Position numbers and translations under genes: made by a program. DNA of 64,000 nucleotides from an uncultured Alphaproteobacteria bacterium. Its GTDB lineage: Bacteria; Pseudomonadota; Alphaproteobacteria; Rs-D84. The stretch spans positions 22,393 through 86,392 of the forward strand of contig CALXZM010000005.1 of the NCBI GenBank assembly GCA_944393245.1, given 5' to 3'. Below, in pieces: positions 27,086-37,576 of this stretch (positions are counted from its first letter, which is position 1; each line of letters opens with the position of its first letter). Below the pieces are notes generated by a model. The model saw nothing but the letters and a program-made list of their open reading frames with translations. It searched no databases and was not told where the DNA came from.

Positions 27086-28669
27086 ATGTCGGTGATTAAA
27101 TGTGCTGTTTATGTCCGTAAGTCAACTGAACATGGGTTGGAACAAGAGTTTAATTCCCTGTTAAATCAGGAAGAATCTTGTAAAGCATACATTGCCTCCC
27201 AGGCATTTAATAACTGGGAATATGTTAGTACTTATACCGATGCGGCGATTTCTGGCGGAACCATGGAACGTCCCGCATTAAAGCAAATGTTGGACGATAT
27301 TTCCAAAGGGTTAATAAACACCGTTGTTGTGTACAAGGTTGACCGATTGTCTCGCTCTATCTTGGATTTTCACAATATGATGAAGTACTTTAATAAATAC
27401 AGTTGCAACTTTGTATCCACTACGCAGGCATTTGATACCAGTACTTCTATGGGTAAGTTAACGTTGAATATGTTATTATCATTTGCACAATTTGAGCGGG
27501 AAGTTGCCAGCGAACGTGTGCGTGATAAAATACGCGCCAGTAAAGCCAAGGGCTTATGGATGGGTGGTAATCCGCCATTAGGATACGATATAAAAGACAA
27601 AAAGTTGGTTATAAACGAAGCAGAAGCCCAGCAAGTAAAACAACTGTTTGAAAAGTATTTGGAGTTGCAGTCATTTGTTGATACGGCGACTTATGCCAGA
27701 CGAATTGGCATAACAACAAAACACTGGCATACAACAAAAAATAAACCTATGGGCGGACGACCGTTAAAACCGCATAATTTGCACTTAATTCTAACCAACA
27801 AAATCTATATCGGACTAATTACGCATAAGAAACTGGGTACCGCTGTTCGTGGTGAACATAGTCCGATTATATCAGAAGAGTTGTTTAACCAAGTCCAAGA
27901 AATCATAAAATCCAGAAAAAACACCCGTGAAAAGACAAGTCCATCACCAAACATATTTTCAAGCAAGGTGTTTTCGGCATCTGGCGAAAGATTTTACAAT
28001 CAAAGAAGCAATCAAAACCTGTTCTATTACGCAATTAAGGGATTCTATTTACCAGCAGTAAAACTGGACAAGATTGGCATTGATACTATATGCAACTTTT
28101 TGAACAGCGATATGAAAAATCTGCCGACACAAAATGTCAATGCTTTGAAATCCATAAATTTCTGTGATATGGACTACACGCACAAAAAAGAATTTATCGG
28201 CGCATTTGTAACCAGAATCATTTACACTAAAAATCAACTTACGTTTTATTTGAACACTAATCCCGATGACTTGGCCGGTTTTATGTCTGGTGAATATATA
28301 AACCAAAACACGCCAAAGACTGTTGATTACATAGTTTCCGGGAATCAGGTAATTATTACAGTTCCGGTTATATTACGCCCATTTGCAAACACCAGGTTTA
28401 ACAAAGGTAACGATACGATTTTAACTGTATCAGAAAACAACAACCTTATTGTCAAGGCGTTTGCAACTGCGTGGCGATATCGTGAAATGTACGAAAAATG
28501 TGGCGATTCCGATAAAATCATTGCTACAGAACACACATCACCGCGCCAGTTTTACAGATACATTGACCTGGCATATATGAACCCAGAAACCGTCAACCGC
28601 ATCTTATCTGGTCAGCAAAAAGTCAACGTGAATGAGTTATTTCAGATTGCAAAATATAATCATGTATAA
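27086..28669 (+). CDS. Large serine recombinase (integrase)
   Basis: YVRKST catalytic Ser, VVYKVDRLSRS, FAQFERE, GGNPPLGY, GEHSPII. Confidence 0.93.
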   Translation: MSVIKCAVYVRKSTEHGLEQEFNSLLNQEESCKAYIASQAFNNWEYVSTYTDAAISGGTMERPALKQMLDDISKGLINTVVVYKVDRLSRSILDFHNMMKYFNKYSCNFVSTTQAFDTSTSMGKLTLNMLLSFAQFEREVASERVRDKIRASKAKGLWMGGNPPLGYDIKDKKLVINEAEAQQVKQLFEKYLELQSFVDTATYARRIGITTKHWHTTKNKPMGGRPLKPHNLHLILTNKIYIGLITHKKLGTAVRGEHSPIISEELFNQVQEIIKSRKNTREKTSPSPNIFSSKVFSASGERFYNQRSNQNLFYYAIKGFYLPAVKLDKIGIDTICNFLNSDMKNLPTQNVNALKSINFCDMDYTHKKEFIGAFVTRIIYTKNQLTFYLNTNPDDLAGFMSGEYINQNTPKTVDYIVSGNQVIITVPVILRPFANTRFNKGNDTILTVSENNNLIVKAFATAWRYREMYEKCGDSDKIIATEHTSPRQFYRYIDLAYMNPETVNRILSGQQKVNVNELFQIAKYNHV

Positions 28670-29734
28670 TTATTTTATGTTATTTTCCTGTTCTATTCTA
28701 GCTCCACCCACAGGAGTACTAACTCCATATGCTTTACGTTTATTTAAGAAAACCTCTCTTAACACCTGATTTTCGCGTTTTATTGCATTATCTGAATCAA
28801 CAGAATCTTCTGGAACTTTAGAAAAATATTCTGACAATATTTGCCATTTCAAATCGGCTTTAGCATTTTCTATATCTTCTTTATTTTTGAAATCAATTTC
28901 ACGCCCCAGAATAATAGCAACACTTTGTTCGTTCATATGTGTGATTAAGGCCTCTATCGCTGATATTTTTCGTTTGTCCATATTAATTTTTTCATATACA
29001 TTGAAAAGTGCGTTAAATATTTTATACAAAACAAACAATATTCCTACAAAAAGCAACGCATTTGGAATTTTTACAACAACAATCGAAAGTGCTGCATACA
29101 ACCAATTCCAACCATTTTGCATGAGACTTGCATTGATAAGATTCAACTGCTCTGAAAAAAGACCTAAAGCTTCAGAGATGTTGCAAAGAGAAAAAATACC
29201 GAGAATTAATGCCAAAAGACTCGCAAAAAACATACTCCATCCATAGAACCTCATATTCTTAACGGACTCTTCTTTAAAATCTTTAACACTATTTATAATT
29301 TTTATATTTTTCTCTATTTTTGCTTTGTGCTTTTGATATTCTTCATCCAATTGCTGTGTTTTTTGGGCTATTTCTTCTTCTCGCTTTTGTCCAGTTTCTT
29401 CCAATTTAGCAATACTATTTTCTAATTCTATCTTCTTATAAGATAGCGAACCAACTGGATAGTTTCCCGTATCGTCTTGGAGTCCAATGTTTGTTTTCAA
29501 CTGTTCCTGCACGCCTTTCAATTGATTAATGTCATTACTTATCGCGTTCTCTTCCGATTTATACCTGGTCAAATTCTGTGTGGTTACAGAAATATCTGAC
29601 TGTAAGGAAGCTAATGTGTCTTGCGCTTGCGATATTTCATTTTGCAACGTCTGTTTTTCTGTCATCAATTGTTGATTTTCATCAATAAGTTGTTGCCGAT
29701 TTAATGCCAATACAGAATTTGGAACAGGGGCCAT
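28670..29734 (-). CDS. Coiled-coil plus transmembrane hypothetical protein
   Basis: Long heptad N-terminus and 2-3 hydrophobic segments. Confidence 0.6.
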   Translation of the reverse strand: MAPVPNSVLALNRQQLIDENQQLMTEKQTLQNEISQAQDTLASLQSDISVTTQNLTRYKSEENAISNDINQLKGVQEQLKTNIGLQDDTGNYPVGSLSYKKIELENSIAKLEETGQKREEEIAQKTQQLDEEYQKHKAKIEKNIKIINSVKDFKEESVKNMRFYGWSMFFASLLALILGIFSLCNISEALGLFSEQLNLINASLMQNGWNWLYAALSIVVVKIPNALLFVGILFVLYKIFNALFNVYEKINMDKRKISAIEALITHMNEQSVAIILGREIDFKNKEDIENAKADLKWQILSEYFSKVPEDSVDSDNAIKRENQVLREVFLNKRKAYGVSTPVGGARIEQENNIK

Positions 29735-29914
29735 TATTAATCCTTTTTTTTCATCTCATCCTATATAGGATTTTTTTGCCGTTTTTCAAGGAGTAACGCT
29801 CCAAAACTGGCATCTGGAATTTGGGCAAGGTATGTTCAGAGGTGATTTTTGGCGTGATTGGTACAATGGTGAGTATACACTGGTACCGTTGTGCATAAAA
29901 AAATCCCAGTTTCT

Positions 29915-29968
29915 GGGGCAAAAATAAACCCCACAAGAAATTAGTGGGAACTTATTTATTCCTGGCGG
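29915..29968. repeat. Right att-like direct repeat overlapping the tRNA-Ser 3' end
   Basis: Matches 6155-6208. Confidence 0.85.
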
Positions 29969-30053
29969 AGACGAAGGGATTCGAACCCTTGATACCCTTG
30001 CGGGTATACTACATTTCCAATGTAGCGCACTAGACCAACTATGCGACGTCTCC
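29963..30053 (-). tRNA. tRNA-Ser(GGA)
   Basis: GGAGACG/CGTCTCC acceptor stem, TTGGAAA anticodon loop, long variable arm, GTTCGAATC, encoded CCA. Confidence 0.95.
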
Positions 30054-30062
30054 GTATTCGGG

Positions 30063-30437
30063 TTATTCGGCAGACAATTCCGCCGTTTCTTCGGTTTCGG
30101 ATGGTTCAACCGGATCGGATATCAATGTATTTTCCAATTCCGCGTCAATTTCACGCAGTTTGGGATCTTCTACACCCGTTATTTCCAATGACTCGTCATC
30201 TTCGGCAACGGCAGGAACATCCTTATACGACTGGATAAATTCATGACGCAGGTTTTCAATATCCAGATTGCCTGTCGCTATTTCACGCAATGCGACAACC
30301 GTTAATTTATCGTCTTTCTTGTCCACGACCGGTTCGGCACCACCATTCAAGTCACGAACACGCTGGGATGCCAGCATTCCCAGTTCATAACGACTTTCCA
30401 CAAATGGTAAAGTATCTGAATTTGTTATACGGGCCAT
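30063..30437 (-). CDS. rpoZ: RNA polymerase omega subunit
   Basis: MARIT...SRYEL...DKLTVVALREIA. Confidence 0.9.
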   Translation of the reverse strand: MARITNSDTLPFVESRYELGMLASQRVRDLNGGAEPVVDKKDDKLTVVALREIATGNLDIENLRHEFIQSYKDVPAVAEDDESLEITGVEDPKLREIDAELENTLISDPVEPSETEETAELSAE

Positions 30438-30497
30438 TATTAAATCCTTTGTTGAAAACGTTTCTAACCACGTTATAATGCCCCAAGGGTGGTCAAA

Positions 30498-31733
30498 ATG
30501 CAAGAAAAAAATAATAAAAGTAACATAAAAACGTTATCATTGGGCTGTCGCCTGAATGCGTTAGAGGCAGAAAAAATAAAAAATATGCTGGCGGGTATGT
30601 TGCATTCTGCGATTGTTGTTAATACATGCGCCGTAACGGGCGAAGCAGAACGCCAATCTGGGCAAAGTGTGCGCAAATTGGCCAGGCAAAATCCAGACAG
30701 TCCTGTGTTCGTAACCGGATGTGCCGCCACCAGAAATCCTGAATTATTTTATCAAATTCCAAATGCGCTGGTCGTGGCAAATCATGACAAAATGAACCCC
30801 ACTGCATATATGAATGCGTTGGCCGTGGCACCATGCAATTTTAACACACAAAAAGAATTGGTTTTTCACCACAATTCCCCAATTATGTCAAAGCAATTTA
30901 TTCAGGTTCAAAACGGTTGCAATCACAGTTGCACATATTGTGTAACACGTCTGTTGCGGGGGACGGCTGTATCTTTTCCATATTCAGACATACTGAATGA
31001 TGTGCGCGATGCCATTACAAATGGTTTTAATGAAATAGTATTGACCGGTGTTGATACGGCCAGTTATGCGCACAATGGAATGCTGATTTCAGATGTATGC
31101 AAAAAACTGTTACAGGACGTTCCTGAAATTCGCAGATTGCGCATATCGTCGTTTGATCCTGCGTCACCTGAAATTTTTAAAATCATTGATTTAATACATA
31201 ATGATACGCGCATGATGCCACATATGCATTTATCCATGCAATCTGGCGCAGACGATATATTACGCGCAATGCATCGGCGGCATTCGGCTGAAACAATACG
31301 TCGAATTGTGCAATATGCTGGGGCCGATGTGACATTCAGTTGGGATATAATTTGTGGCTTTCCAGGCGAAACAGACGAATTATTTAATCAAACATTGGAT
31401 TTAATCAACACCGTGCGCCCAATTAAAATTCATGCATTTCCTTTTTCCCCGCGCCCAGGAACGGCCGCATTTGATATGCCCAATCGGGTGCCACGGCAAA
31501 AAGCCAAAGAACGTGTCCATCAAATATCATCTGTGGCGGAAAAATATCGTTTGGATTTTATGAAATCGAATATTGGTAAAACAGTATCTGTGTTGGCAGA
31601 AGAAAATAATACAGCCCGTACACCGCATGATATAGACGTATTTATTCGTGGGGGACGGATTCCTGCACGAACAATATGCGATGTAAAATTGGTGGAAATT
31701 CAGGACGATAGATATATTGGTGAAATTGTATAA
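30498..31733 (+). CDS. mtaB: tRNA methylthiotransferase (MtaB-type radical SAM)
   Basis: LGCRLN, NTCAVT, CNHSCTYC. Confidence 0.85.
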   Translation: MQEKNNKSNIKTLSLGCRLNALEAEKIKNMLAGMLHSAIVVNTCAVTGEAERQSGQSVRKLARQNPDSPVFVTGCAATRNPELFYQIPNALVVANHDKMNPTAYMNALAVAPCNFNTQKELVFHHNSPIMSKQFIQVQNGCNHSCTYCVTRLLRGTAVSFPYSDILNDVRDAITNGFNEIVLTGVDTASYAHNGMLISDVCKKLLQDVPEIRRLRISSFDPASPEIFKIIDLIHNDTRMMPHMHLSMQSGADDILRAMHRRHSAETIRRIVQYAGADVTFSWDIICGFPGETDELFNQTLDLINTVRPIKIHAFPFSPRPGTAAFDMPNRVPRQKAKERVHQISSVAEKYRLDFMKSNIGKTVSVLAEENNTARTPHDIDVFIRGGRIPARTICDVKLVEIQDDRYIGEIV

Positions 31734-31779
31734 AAAATCTGTTGGAAATATAAAATATAATTGCTAGTATCACATCATC

Positions 31780-32955
31780 ATGAAAAAGAAGTTTTTTATC
31801 CTGTTATTATCAATAATAACAACATCTGCGCATGCGGATTTTTCTACACGCGCAAAATCAGCATTTTTAATTGATTATGAATCTGGCGCGGAAATCGTTG
31901 CCAAGAATGCAGACACACTGATGCCACCATCATCCATGATAAAACTGATGACGCTGACCGTGCTGTTTGATGAAATCAAGGCAGGCAATCTGACCATGGA
32001 TGACAGATTAACGGTCAGTGAAAATGCAGATTATGAAAATCCGTTATGGTACCCAGCCAGTAAAATTTGTCTGGTGGCGGGGCAATCCATTACTGTTCGC
32101 GACGCTATTTTGGGATTAATTGTATTATCGGGTGGCGACGCGTCTGTTGTGGTGGCTGAAAACTTAGCCGGGTCCGAGGCCGCATTTACAGAAAAAATGC
32201 AGGACAAAGCGCGTTCCATAGGAATGACACAATCAACATTCGGTAATGCCAGTGGTCTGCCCAATCCAAACAATTTAATGACCAGTCGGGAATTAGCCAT
32301 TTTGGCCCAGCATATTATTTCTGATTATCCAGATATGTATCCGATGTTTGCCACCAAACGCTTTCAATTTGGTGAATATAAAAGTGATTGGTGCCGTGAA
32401 TGGGGACGCACACATACAATGAATTATAATAAATTATTATTTATTATGCCCGGGGCGGACGGATTAAAAACAGGCCATACTGATGATGGTGGTTACGGCA
32501 TGGTGGCCAGTGCAAAAATCGGCGGGCGACGTCTGATTGGTGTGATAAACGGTTTTGATGCGAAAAACCACGATGCTTTGGCGGCTGAAATGAAAAAATT
32601 GTTAGAATACGGATATTCAACAACAACAAATCACACTTTCTATAATCCAGGTGACAAGATTGCCGCCATTCCAGTATGGTATGGACGCAGCCCAAATGTA
32701 ATCGCAACCATTGCGGAACCATTCGTGATAACAGTGCCGAAATCAGATGGACTGGATGGCGTGCGTGTAATTGCGCGATACAACGATCCGTTGCCCGCAC
32801 CAGTAAAACAGGGTGATAAAATCGGCGAAATAATCGCACAAAAAGATGGCCGTGAAATTGCACGGGCCCCATTAATTGCACAAAGCACTGTTAAGAAAAC
32901 TGTTTTCTTTGGTCGGTTGATAAAAAATCTGCGCGTAATATTTGGAATAGACTGA
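31780..32955 (+). CDS. dacA: D-alanyl-D-alanine carboxypeptidase
   Basis: SMIK (SxxK), SGG, KTG motifs; signal peptide. Confidence 0.88.
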   Translation: MKKKFFILLLSIITTSAHADFSTRAKSAFLIDYESGAEIVAKNADTLMPPSSMIKLMTLTVLFDEIKAGNLTMDDRLTVSENADYENPLWYPASKICLVAGQSITVRDAILGLIVLSGGDASVVVAENLAGSEAAFTEKMQDKARSIGMTQSTFGNASGLPNPNNLMTSRELAILAQHIISDYPDMYPMFATKRFQFGEYKSDWCREWGRTHTMNYNKLLFIMPGADGLKTGHTDDGGYGMVASAKIGGRRLIGVINGFDAKNHDALAAEMKKLLEYGYSTTTNHTFYNPGDKIAAIPVWYGRSPNVIATIAEPFVITVPKSDGLDGVRVIARYNDPLPAPVKQGDKIGEIIAQKDGREIARAPLIAQSTVKKTVFFGRLIKNLRVIFGID

Positions 32956-33857
32956 TGGCACCCAGAAAACAATCAAATTCATACAATTTCCCCAACCCGA
33001 TGGACAATGATATATTGGTCGGGCATGCAGAAGTTTTGTCTGATTTTGAAAATGCATGGCGTGGGCGCGATAATCACCCAATACATCCTGTATGGATGTT
33101 GACCGGCCCCCGCGGCATTGGCAAGGCCACATTGGCATATAAAATCGCAAAAACAGTATATGGTAATGTCGGGGATTTTTTCATAATCGACATGTCCAGA
33201 AATATTGATAAAGATGGCAAACCAAAGCCAGATGGTAAAAATATATCTGTGTATACTGTGCGCGCGATGATTGAAAAAATGCAGATGTCATCTATGTCAG
33301 ATGGTTGGCGGGTTATATTAATCGATTCTGTTGATGAATTGACCACGTCTGCATCAAATGCATTATTAAAATTACTGGAAGAACCGCCCGCACAAACACT
33401 GTTTTTGTTAATCGTTCATCAATTAGCCAGTGTTTTACCAACCGTTCGTTCGCGTGCACGCGTTGAAAAAATGCGCCCATTGACATTGGCACAATTACGC
33501 GAATTATGCGAAAAATTCATGCCCGGTACGGATATCAGCGATGAAACATTGCGACTGGCCAATGGCAGTTTTGGTCGCATAGCCAATTTAAAAAAATCTG
33601 GCGGGGATGCAATATATGATGAATTGGTTGAATGTTTACGTAATCCACATGCCAACAGTGTCGATATGTTAACAATAGCAAAAAAAATTGCACCAGATAC
33701 TGCACTGCACGGGATTTTGTTGGATGTAATCGCTGGATTTGGCCTGGCGGATTTATATCCGAATGTAACACATGCAATTTCTGATATTTCACGTATTAAT
33801 CTGGAACCGGAAACGGCCATATTTAAAATAATTACACAAATAAAAAAATGTTTATAG
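32955..33857 (+). CDS. holB: DNA polymerase III delta' subunit
   Basis: GPRGIGKAT, NALLKLLEEPP, PTVRSR. Confidence 0.85.
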   Translation: MAPRKQSNSYNFPNPMDNDILVGHAEVLSDFENAWRGRDNHPIHPVWMLTGPRGIGKATLAYKIAKTVYGNVGDFFIIDMSRNIDKDGKPKPDGKNISVYTVRAMIEKMQMSSMSDGWRVILIDSVDELTTSASNALLKLLEEPPAQTLFLLIVHQLASVLPTVRSRARVEKMRPLTLAQLRELCEKFMPGTDISDETLRLANGSFGRIANLKKSGGDAIYDELVECLRNPHANSVDMLTIAKKIAPDTALHGILLDVIAGFGLADLYPNVTHAISDISRINLEPETAIFKIITQIKKCL

Positions 33858-34603
33858 ATACCCATTGCCATTTAACAGATAATTATGTGTCGGGCGATTT
33901 GGGCGACGTAATTGCGCGCGCCACCGCCGCGGGGGTTGGAATGATTATATGCCCCAGTGCCGATCCAAACGATGTAATTGCCGCAGTAAAAATTGCCGCC
34001 ACAAACCCAAACATATATGCAACAACCGGTATTCACCCAGAATATGCCGGAATTGACGCATCAGAATATTTAACTGAATCAATATTGACCAATCCACGTG
34101 TGGTTGGAATTGGTGAAATAGGATTGGATTACCACGAACGCGATGATAATCGCACCGCGCAAATACAATTATTTGAACAACAATTAGAATTGGCACGTAA
34201 ATACGGCCTGCCCGTTGCAATTCATACCCGCGACGCTGAAAACGATACTGCTGCAATATTGCGCGGGGACATACACGGGGTTATGCACTGTTTTACCAGT
34301 TCATGGAATCTGGCAAAAACTATGTTGGATCGCGGATTTTACTTTTCTGCCAGTGGAATTTTGACGTTTAAAAATGCGGCTGAAATACGCGAAACCTTTG
34401 CTAAAATCCCAATTGACCGCATTGTCATAGAAACGGACAGCCCATACTGTGCACCCGTGCCACACCGTGGGAAAGTATGTGAACCAGCCTTTGTTGTTGA
34501 TACAGCCCGTGTATTGGCCGATATCAAGGGTGTGTCAATTACAGAACTGGAACCGATTTTGGTAAAAAACACACTGAATTTATACCCAAAAATAAAATTA
34601 TAA
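33848..34603 (+). CDS. tatD: TatD family hydrolase
   Basis: DTHCH, GEIGLDY, ETDSPY. Confidence 0.9.
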   Translation: MFIDTHCHLTDNYVSGDLGDVIARATAAGVGMIICPSADPNDVIAAVKIAATNPNIYATTGIHPEYAGIDASEYLTESILTNPRVVGIGEIGLDYHERDDNRTAQIQLFEQQLELARKYGLPVAIHTRDAENDTAAILRGDIHGVMHCFTSSWNLAKTMLDRGFYFSASGILTFKNAAEIRETFAKIPIDRIVIETDSPYCAPVPHRGKVCEPAFVVDTARVLADIKGVSITELEPILVKNTLNLYPKIKL

Positions 34604-34604
34604 A

Positions 34605-34624
34605 ACGCCCAAAAATGGGCGTTG
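34605..34624. terminator. Hairpin between convergent genes
   Basis: AACGCCCA-AAAA-TGGGCGTT. Confidence 0.6.
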
Positions 34625-34625
34625 T

Positions 34626-35108
34626 TTATCTTAAACGCTGGGATAGTTTCTGTACCGTTTCACGCGTCAGCATGCTTTTTTGTTCAAATGCAAAATAAGG
34701 TGCCAAACGACGCATTTGTTTTAAATTTTGCAAATCATCCAATGCAACATATACAAACGGTATTGTTTCTTTTTTAGATACTAAATCTGTCTTTAACCCA
34801 ACCAAACGCAACATACGGGCGACATAATCTTGGGCCCACCAACGTTCGGTGTCATACTGTTTTGATTTATATTTTTTGGATATATTAGGGGTAAATGTTA
34901 CCACTGGACGCGGCCCAATATATGTATATTCTATTATTGATGAACGGTTGATATACCCAGTTAATTCATCAATACCATGCCATTTGTCCGCTATTTTATG
35001 AAATATATTGGGTGTGCCGAAATACGGATGCACCGTACCGTATTCTTCCTTGTATGCCAAAACACTGTTTTCGCTGATATGTGGCTGATATTCCGTCCAT
35101 GTTTTCAT
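34626..35108 (-). CDS. Hypothetical protein
   Basis: 160-aa ORF with AGGGG RBS. Confidence 0.55.
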   Translation of the reverse strand: MKTWTEYQPHISENSVLAYKEEYGTVHPYFGTPNIFHKIADKWHGIDELTGYINRSSIIEYTYIGPRPVVTFTPNISKKYKSKQYDTERWWAQDYVARMLRLVGLKTDLVSKKETIPFVYVALDDLQNLKQMRRLAPYFAFEQKSMLTRETVQKLSQRLR

Positions 35109-35193
35109 GACTGAACCCCTTGGTTATACTATCAGAATATCACAACGTATTAAATTTGCAATTTTTTATCTGGTGATGTAAAATAAGCGCGTT

Positions 35194-35661
35194 ATGCCAC
35201 GCAGTATTATAAAATTTGGCCAAGTTTCAGAAAACCGCAAAGCGCGGTTTAATTACTCTATTCAGGATACAATAGAGGCCGGCATTTCATTAACTGGTGC
35301 GGAATTAAAATCCGTGCGGTATGGTCTGGTTACGATTGTTGACGGGTTTGTTCAACGACGTGGAACAGATTTATATCTGGCGGGGGTGGAAATTCAGAAA
35401 CTGCCAACGGCCGCACGCATTGTTAACTTTGATGAACGTCGACCGCGTCAATTGTTGCTGCACCGGGCACAAATAAACCGTCTGATTGGGAAATTACAGG
35501 AACGTGGCGCGACAATCGTGCCGTTAAAACTGTATTTTAACAACCGCGGTAAGTTAAAGGTTTTATTGGGCGTCGGTTATGGTAAAAACAAAGTAGACAA
35601 ACGCGAAACTATAAAACGACGTGAATGGGATAAAAACAAGGCCCGAATATTAAAGGGATAA
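35194..35661 (+). CDS. smpB: SsrA-binding protein
   Basis: NRKARFNY, EAGISLTGAELKS, DKRETIKRREW. Confidence 0.95.
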   Translation: MPRSIIKFGQVSENRKARFNYSIQDTIEAGISLTGAELKSVRYGLVTIVDGFVQRRGTDLYLAGVEIQKLPTAARIVNFDERRPRQLLLHRAQINRLIGKLQERGATIVPLKLYFNNRGKLKVLLGVGYGKNKVDKRETIKRREWDKNKARILKG

Positions 35662-35664
35662 TGT

Positions 35665-36006
35665 ATGAAAAAAACATTAGATATAAACGCGCAACGCCAA
35701 TTGATTCAAGACATGATTTCAAAACGCGATTATCAGCGTGCCTTGTTTGTATTACAAAATGCAAATGATTGCGTACGCGTACGTAAAAATCTGGTGCAAT
35801 TTTACAGCATTGATGAAATAAAAAATTCTGCACACCATATAATTACAAACTATCAAATGCCACATTTTACATTTGATAAAATGCGTGTGTATATTGATGA
35901 TGATGCCAAAATAGTAAAATTATTACGGGCATCTGTTCCACAATGGCAACGTGCGGTAAATGCAATGTTCCAGGCACGCAAACGTTGGGCCATGCGTCAA
36001 AAATAA
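35665..36006 (+). CDS. Hypothetical protein
   Basis: ORF directly after smpB, followed by a hairpin terminator. Confidence 0.6.
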   Translation: MKKTLDINAQRQLIQDMISKRDYQRALFVLQNANDCVRVRKNLVQFYSIDEIKNSAHHIITNYQMPHFTFDKMRVYIDDDAKIVKLLRASVPQWQRAVNAMFQARKRWAMRQK

Positions 36007-36049
36007 AACCGCCACTTTGGCGGTTTTTTATATTTACAAATACACAAAA

Positions 36050-36568
36050 TTAATCGCGCATTGCCGGATTATTTGGTCCGTGTGCGGCACGCATTTGACG
36101 GCCCATTTCCTGCTTAACAGCACGATATTCTTCGTGGCTTATGCAACCATCGCGGTTGATATCCATCACAGGCAACGCCATTTGTAATTGTGGGCATTTG
36201 ACAGATGATACATCCAGGCACCCATTGTCAAAATCAACACGTGGGCCACGGAATTCATCACATTCCAATAACTTTGCCGCACCGAATCCCAATGCAAACA
36301 CAATCAAAACCATAATTAATTTTATCATAAAACGGCCAAATCGTGAACCACCGCGTGCACATTTGCAATCAGAACCACAATTGCAGTTCGACCCGCATTT
36401 ACATGTTGGGGTTTCTGGTGCAACAACTTTTTCCATGGTATCCGCCGCAGCCGATGTTTTTACGGTCTTTTTGGGTGCCGCCTTTGTGGTGGCAACAGTT
36501 TTTTTGGAAACCGTCTTTTTTGATGTCACAGGCTTTGTGGCTGTTTTTTTAGTTGGTTTTGTTGGCAT
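36050..36568 (-). CDS. Membrane protein with a Lys/Thr-rich N-terminus, Cys cluster and EF-hand-like motif
   Basis: CKCGSNCNCGSDCKC, one TM helix, DINRDGCISHEE. Confidence 0.65.
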   Translation of the reverse strand: MPTKPTKKTATKPVTSKKTVSKKTVATTKAAPKKTVKTSAAADTMEKVVAPETPTCKCGSNCNCGSDCKCARGGSRFGRFMIKLIMVLIVFALGFGAAKLLECDEFRGPRVDFDNGCLDVSSVKCPQLQMALPVMDINRDGCISHEEYRAVKQEMGRQMRAAHGPNNPAMRD

Positions 36569-36651
36569 TTTATCCTTCCTTTTATTTTGTTTAACGTATT
36601 GATTGTATTCAATATCGGAAAGTATGTAAAGAATAAAATTCATATTTTTGG

Positions 36652-37572
36652 TTAATTGTCCTGATTCACGGCACGTGGATGGGCATGTTCATATATATTC
36701 TGAATTTCTGCCATGTTAACCTTGGTATACAATTGGGTCGTGGATAACAATGAATGCCCCAGTAATTCCTGTAACGTTCTTAAATCCGCACCACCGGCCA
36801 ATAACGCGGTGGCGAATGTATGACGCAATGCGTGCGGCGTTACATAATCAGGCAACATTAAATAATGACGAATGTGTTCTATGACCTTTTCCGCCATGCG
36901 GGGTGACATGGGTAAACCGCGAACACTGCGAAACAGCGCATCGTTTGCATCCGCACCAAATGGACGCAATTGAATGTATTTGTCAATGGCATCTAAAACA
37001 GCCGGCAATACAGGGACAATGCGTTCCTTGGCCCCTTTGCCGATAATTCGCAATGATTCAGGACGTCCCCGAACATCAATATTTTTTAACGATAATGCTT
37101 CGGATATACGTAAACCACAACCAAATATTAACAAAACCAATGCCCAATCGCGCGCCGCAATCCATGGTTCTTTGTCATCAATATTACGAATGGCATCGTG
37201 CATATTTTCAACATCAGAAACTTCTATGGCCTTGGACAGTTTGCGCGGAACCTTTGGCGACGAAATCATGCCAATTGCATTATTGTGAATATTATGCGTT
37301 TTAGCCAAAAATTTATAAAACCCACGCAATGAAGACAGTGCACGCGCCGTCGATTTATGCGCCAAATTACGTCGCGCACGGTCCGCCATCCATGCACGAA
37401 AACATATCGTGTCGGCACGACAAAAATCCGACAACGATACATCGGCCCCAATATAATTATCGTAAAATTTTATAAAATCGCGTATATCTGTTTCATATGC
37501 GGTCGCCGTGTGCACAGAATAGTTTTTTGTCTGTGTCAAATAATCTAAAAATTCGGCGACCGCATCGTTCAT
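36652..37572 (-). CDS. xerC: Tyrosine recombinase XerC
   Basis: GLRISE, GKGAKERIVP, HALRHTFAT, LLGH...TTQLYT. Confidence 0.85.
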   Translation of the reverse strand: MNDAVAEFLDYLTQTKNYSVHTATAYETDIRDFIKFYDNYIGADVSLSDFCRADTICFRAWMADRARRNLAHKSTARALSSLRGFYKFLAKTHNIHNNAIGMISSPKVPRKLSKAIEVSDVENMHDAIRNIDDKEPWIAARDWALVLLIFGCGLRISEALSLKNIDVRGRPESLRIIGKGAKERIVPVLPAVLDAIDKYIQLRPFGADANDALFRSVRGLPMSPRMAEKVIEHIRHYLMLPDYVTPHALRHTFATALLAGGADLRTLQELLGHSLLSTTQLYTKVNMAEIQNIYEHAHPRAVNQDN

Positions 37573-37576
37573 TTTA

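Larger units (their letters stand above)
6192..29968. mobile_element. ~24 kb integrative defence island at tRNA-Ser with a large serine recombinase
   Basis: Flanking direct repeats, tRNA target, recombinase near the tRNA end, AT-rich defence cargo. Confidence 0.85.

Noticed and set aside
29786-30109. 107-aa ORF across the tRNA
   Set aside because: Overlaps tRNA-Ser; spurious, as is 50675-50932 over tRNA-Gly.
36652-37572. Tyrosine recombinase as a second island integrase
   Set aside because: XerC-like size and motifs in housekeeping context, with no att repeats seen.
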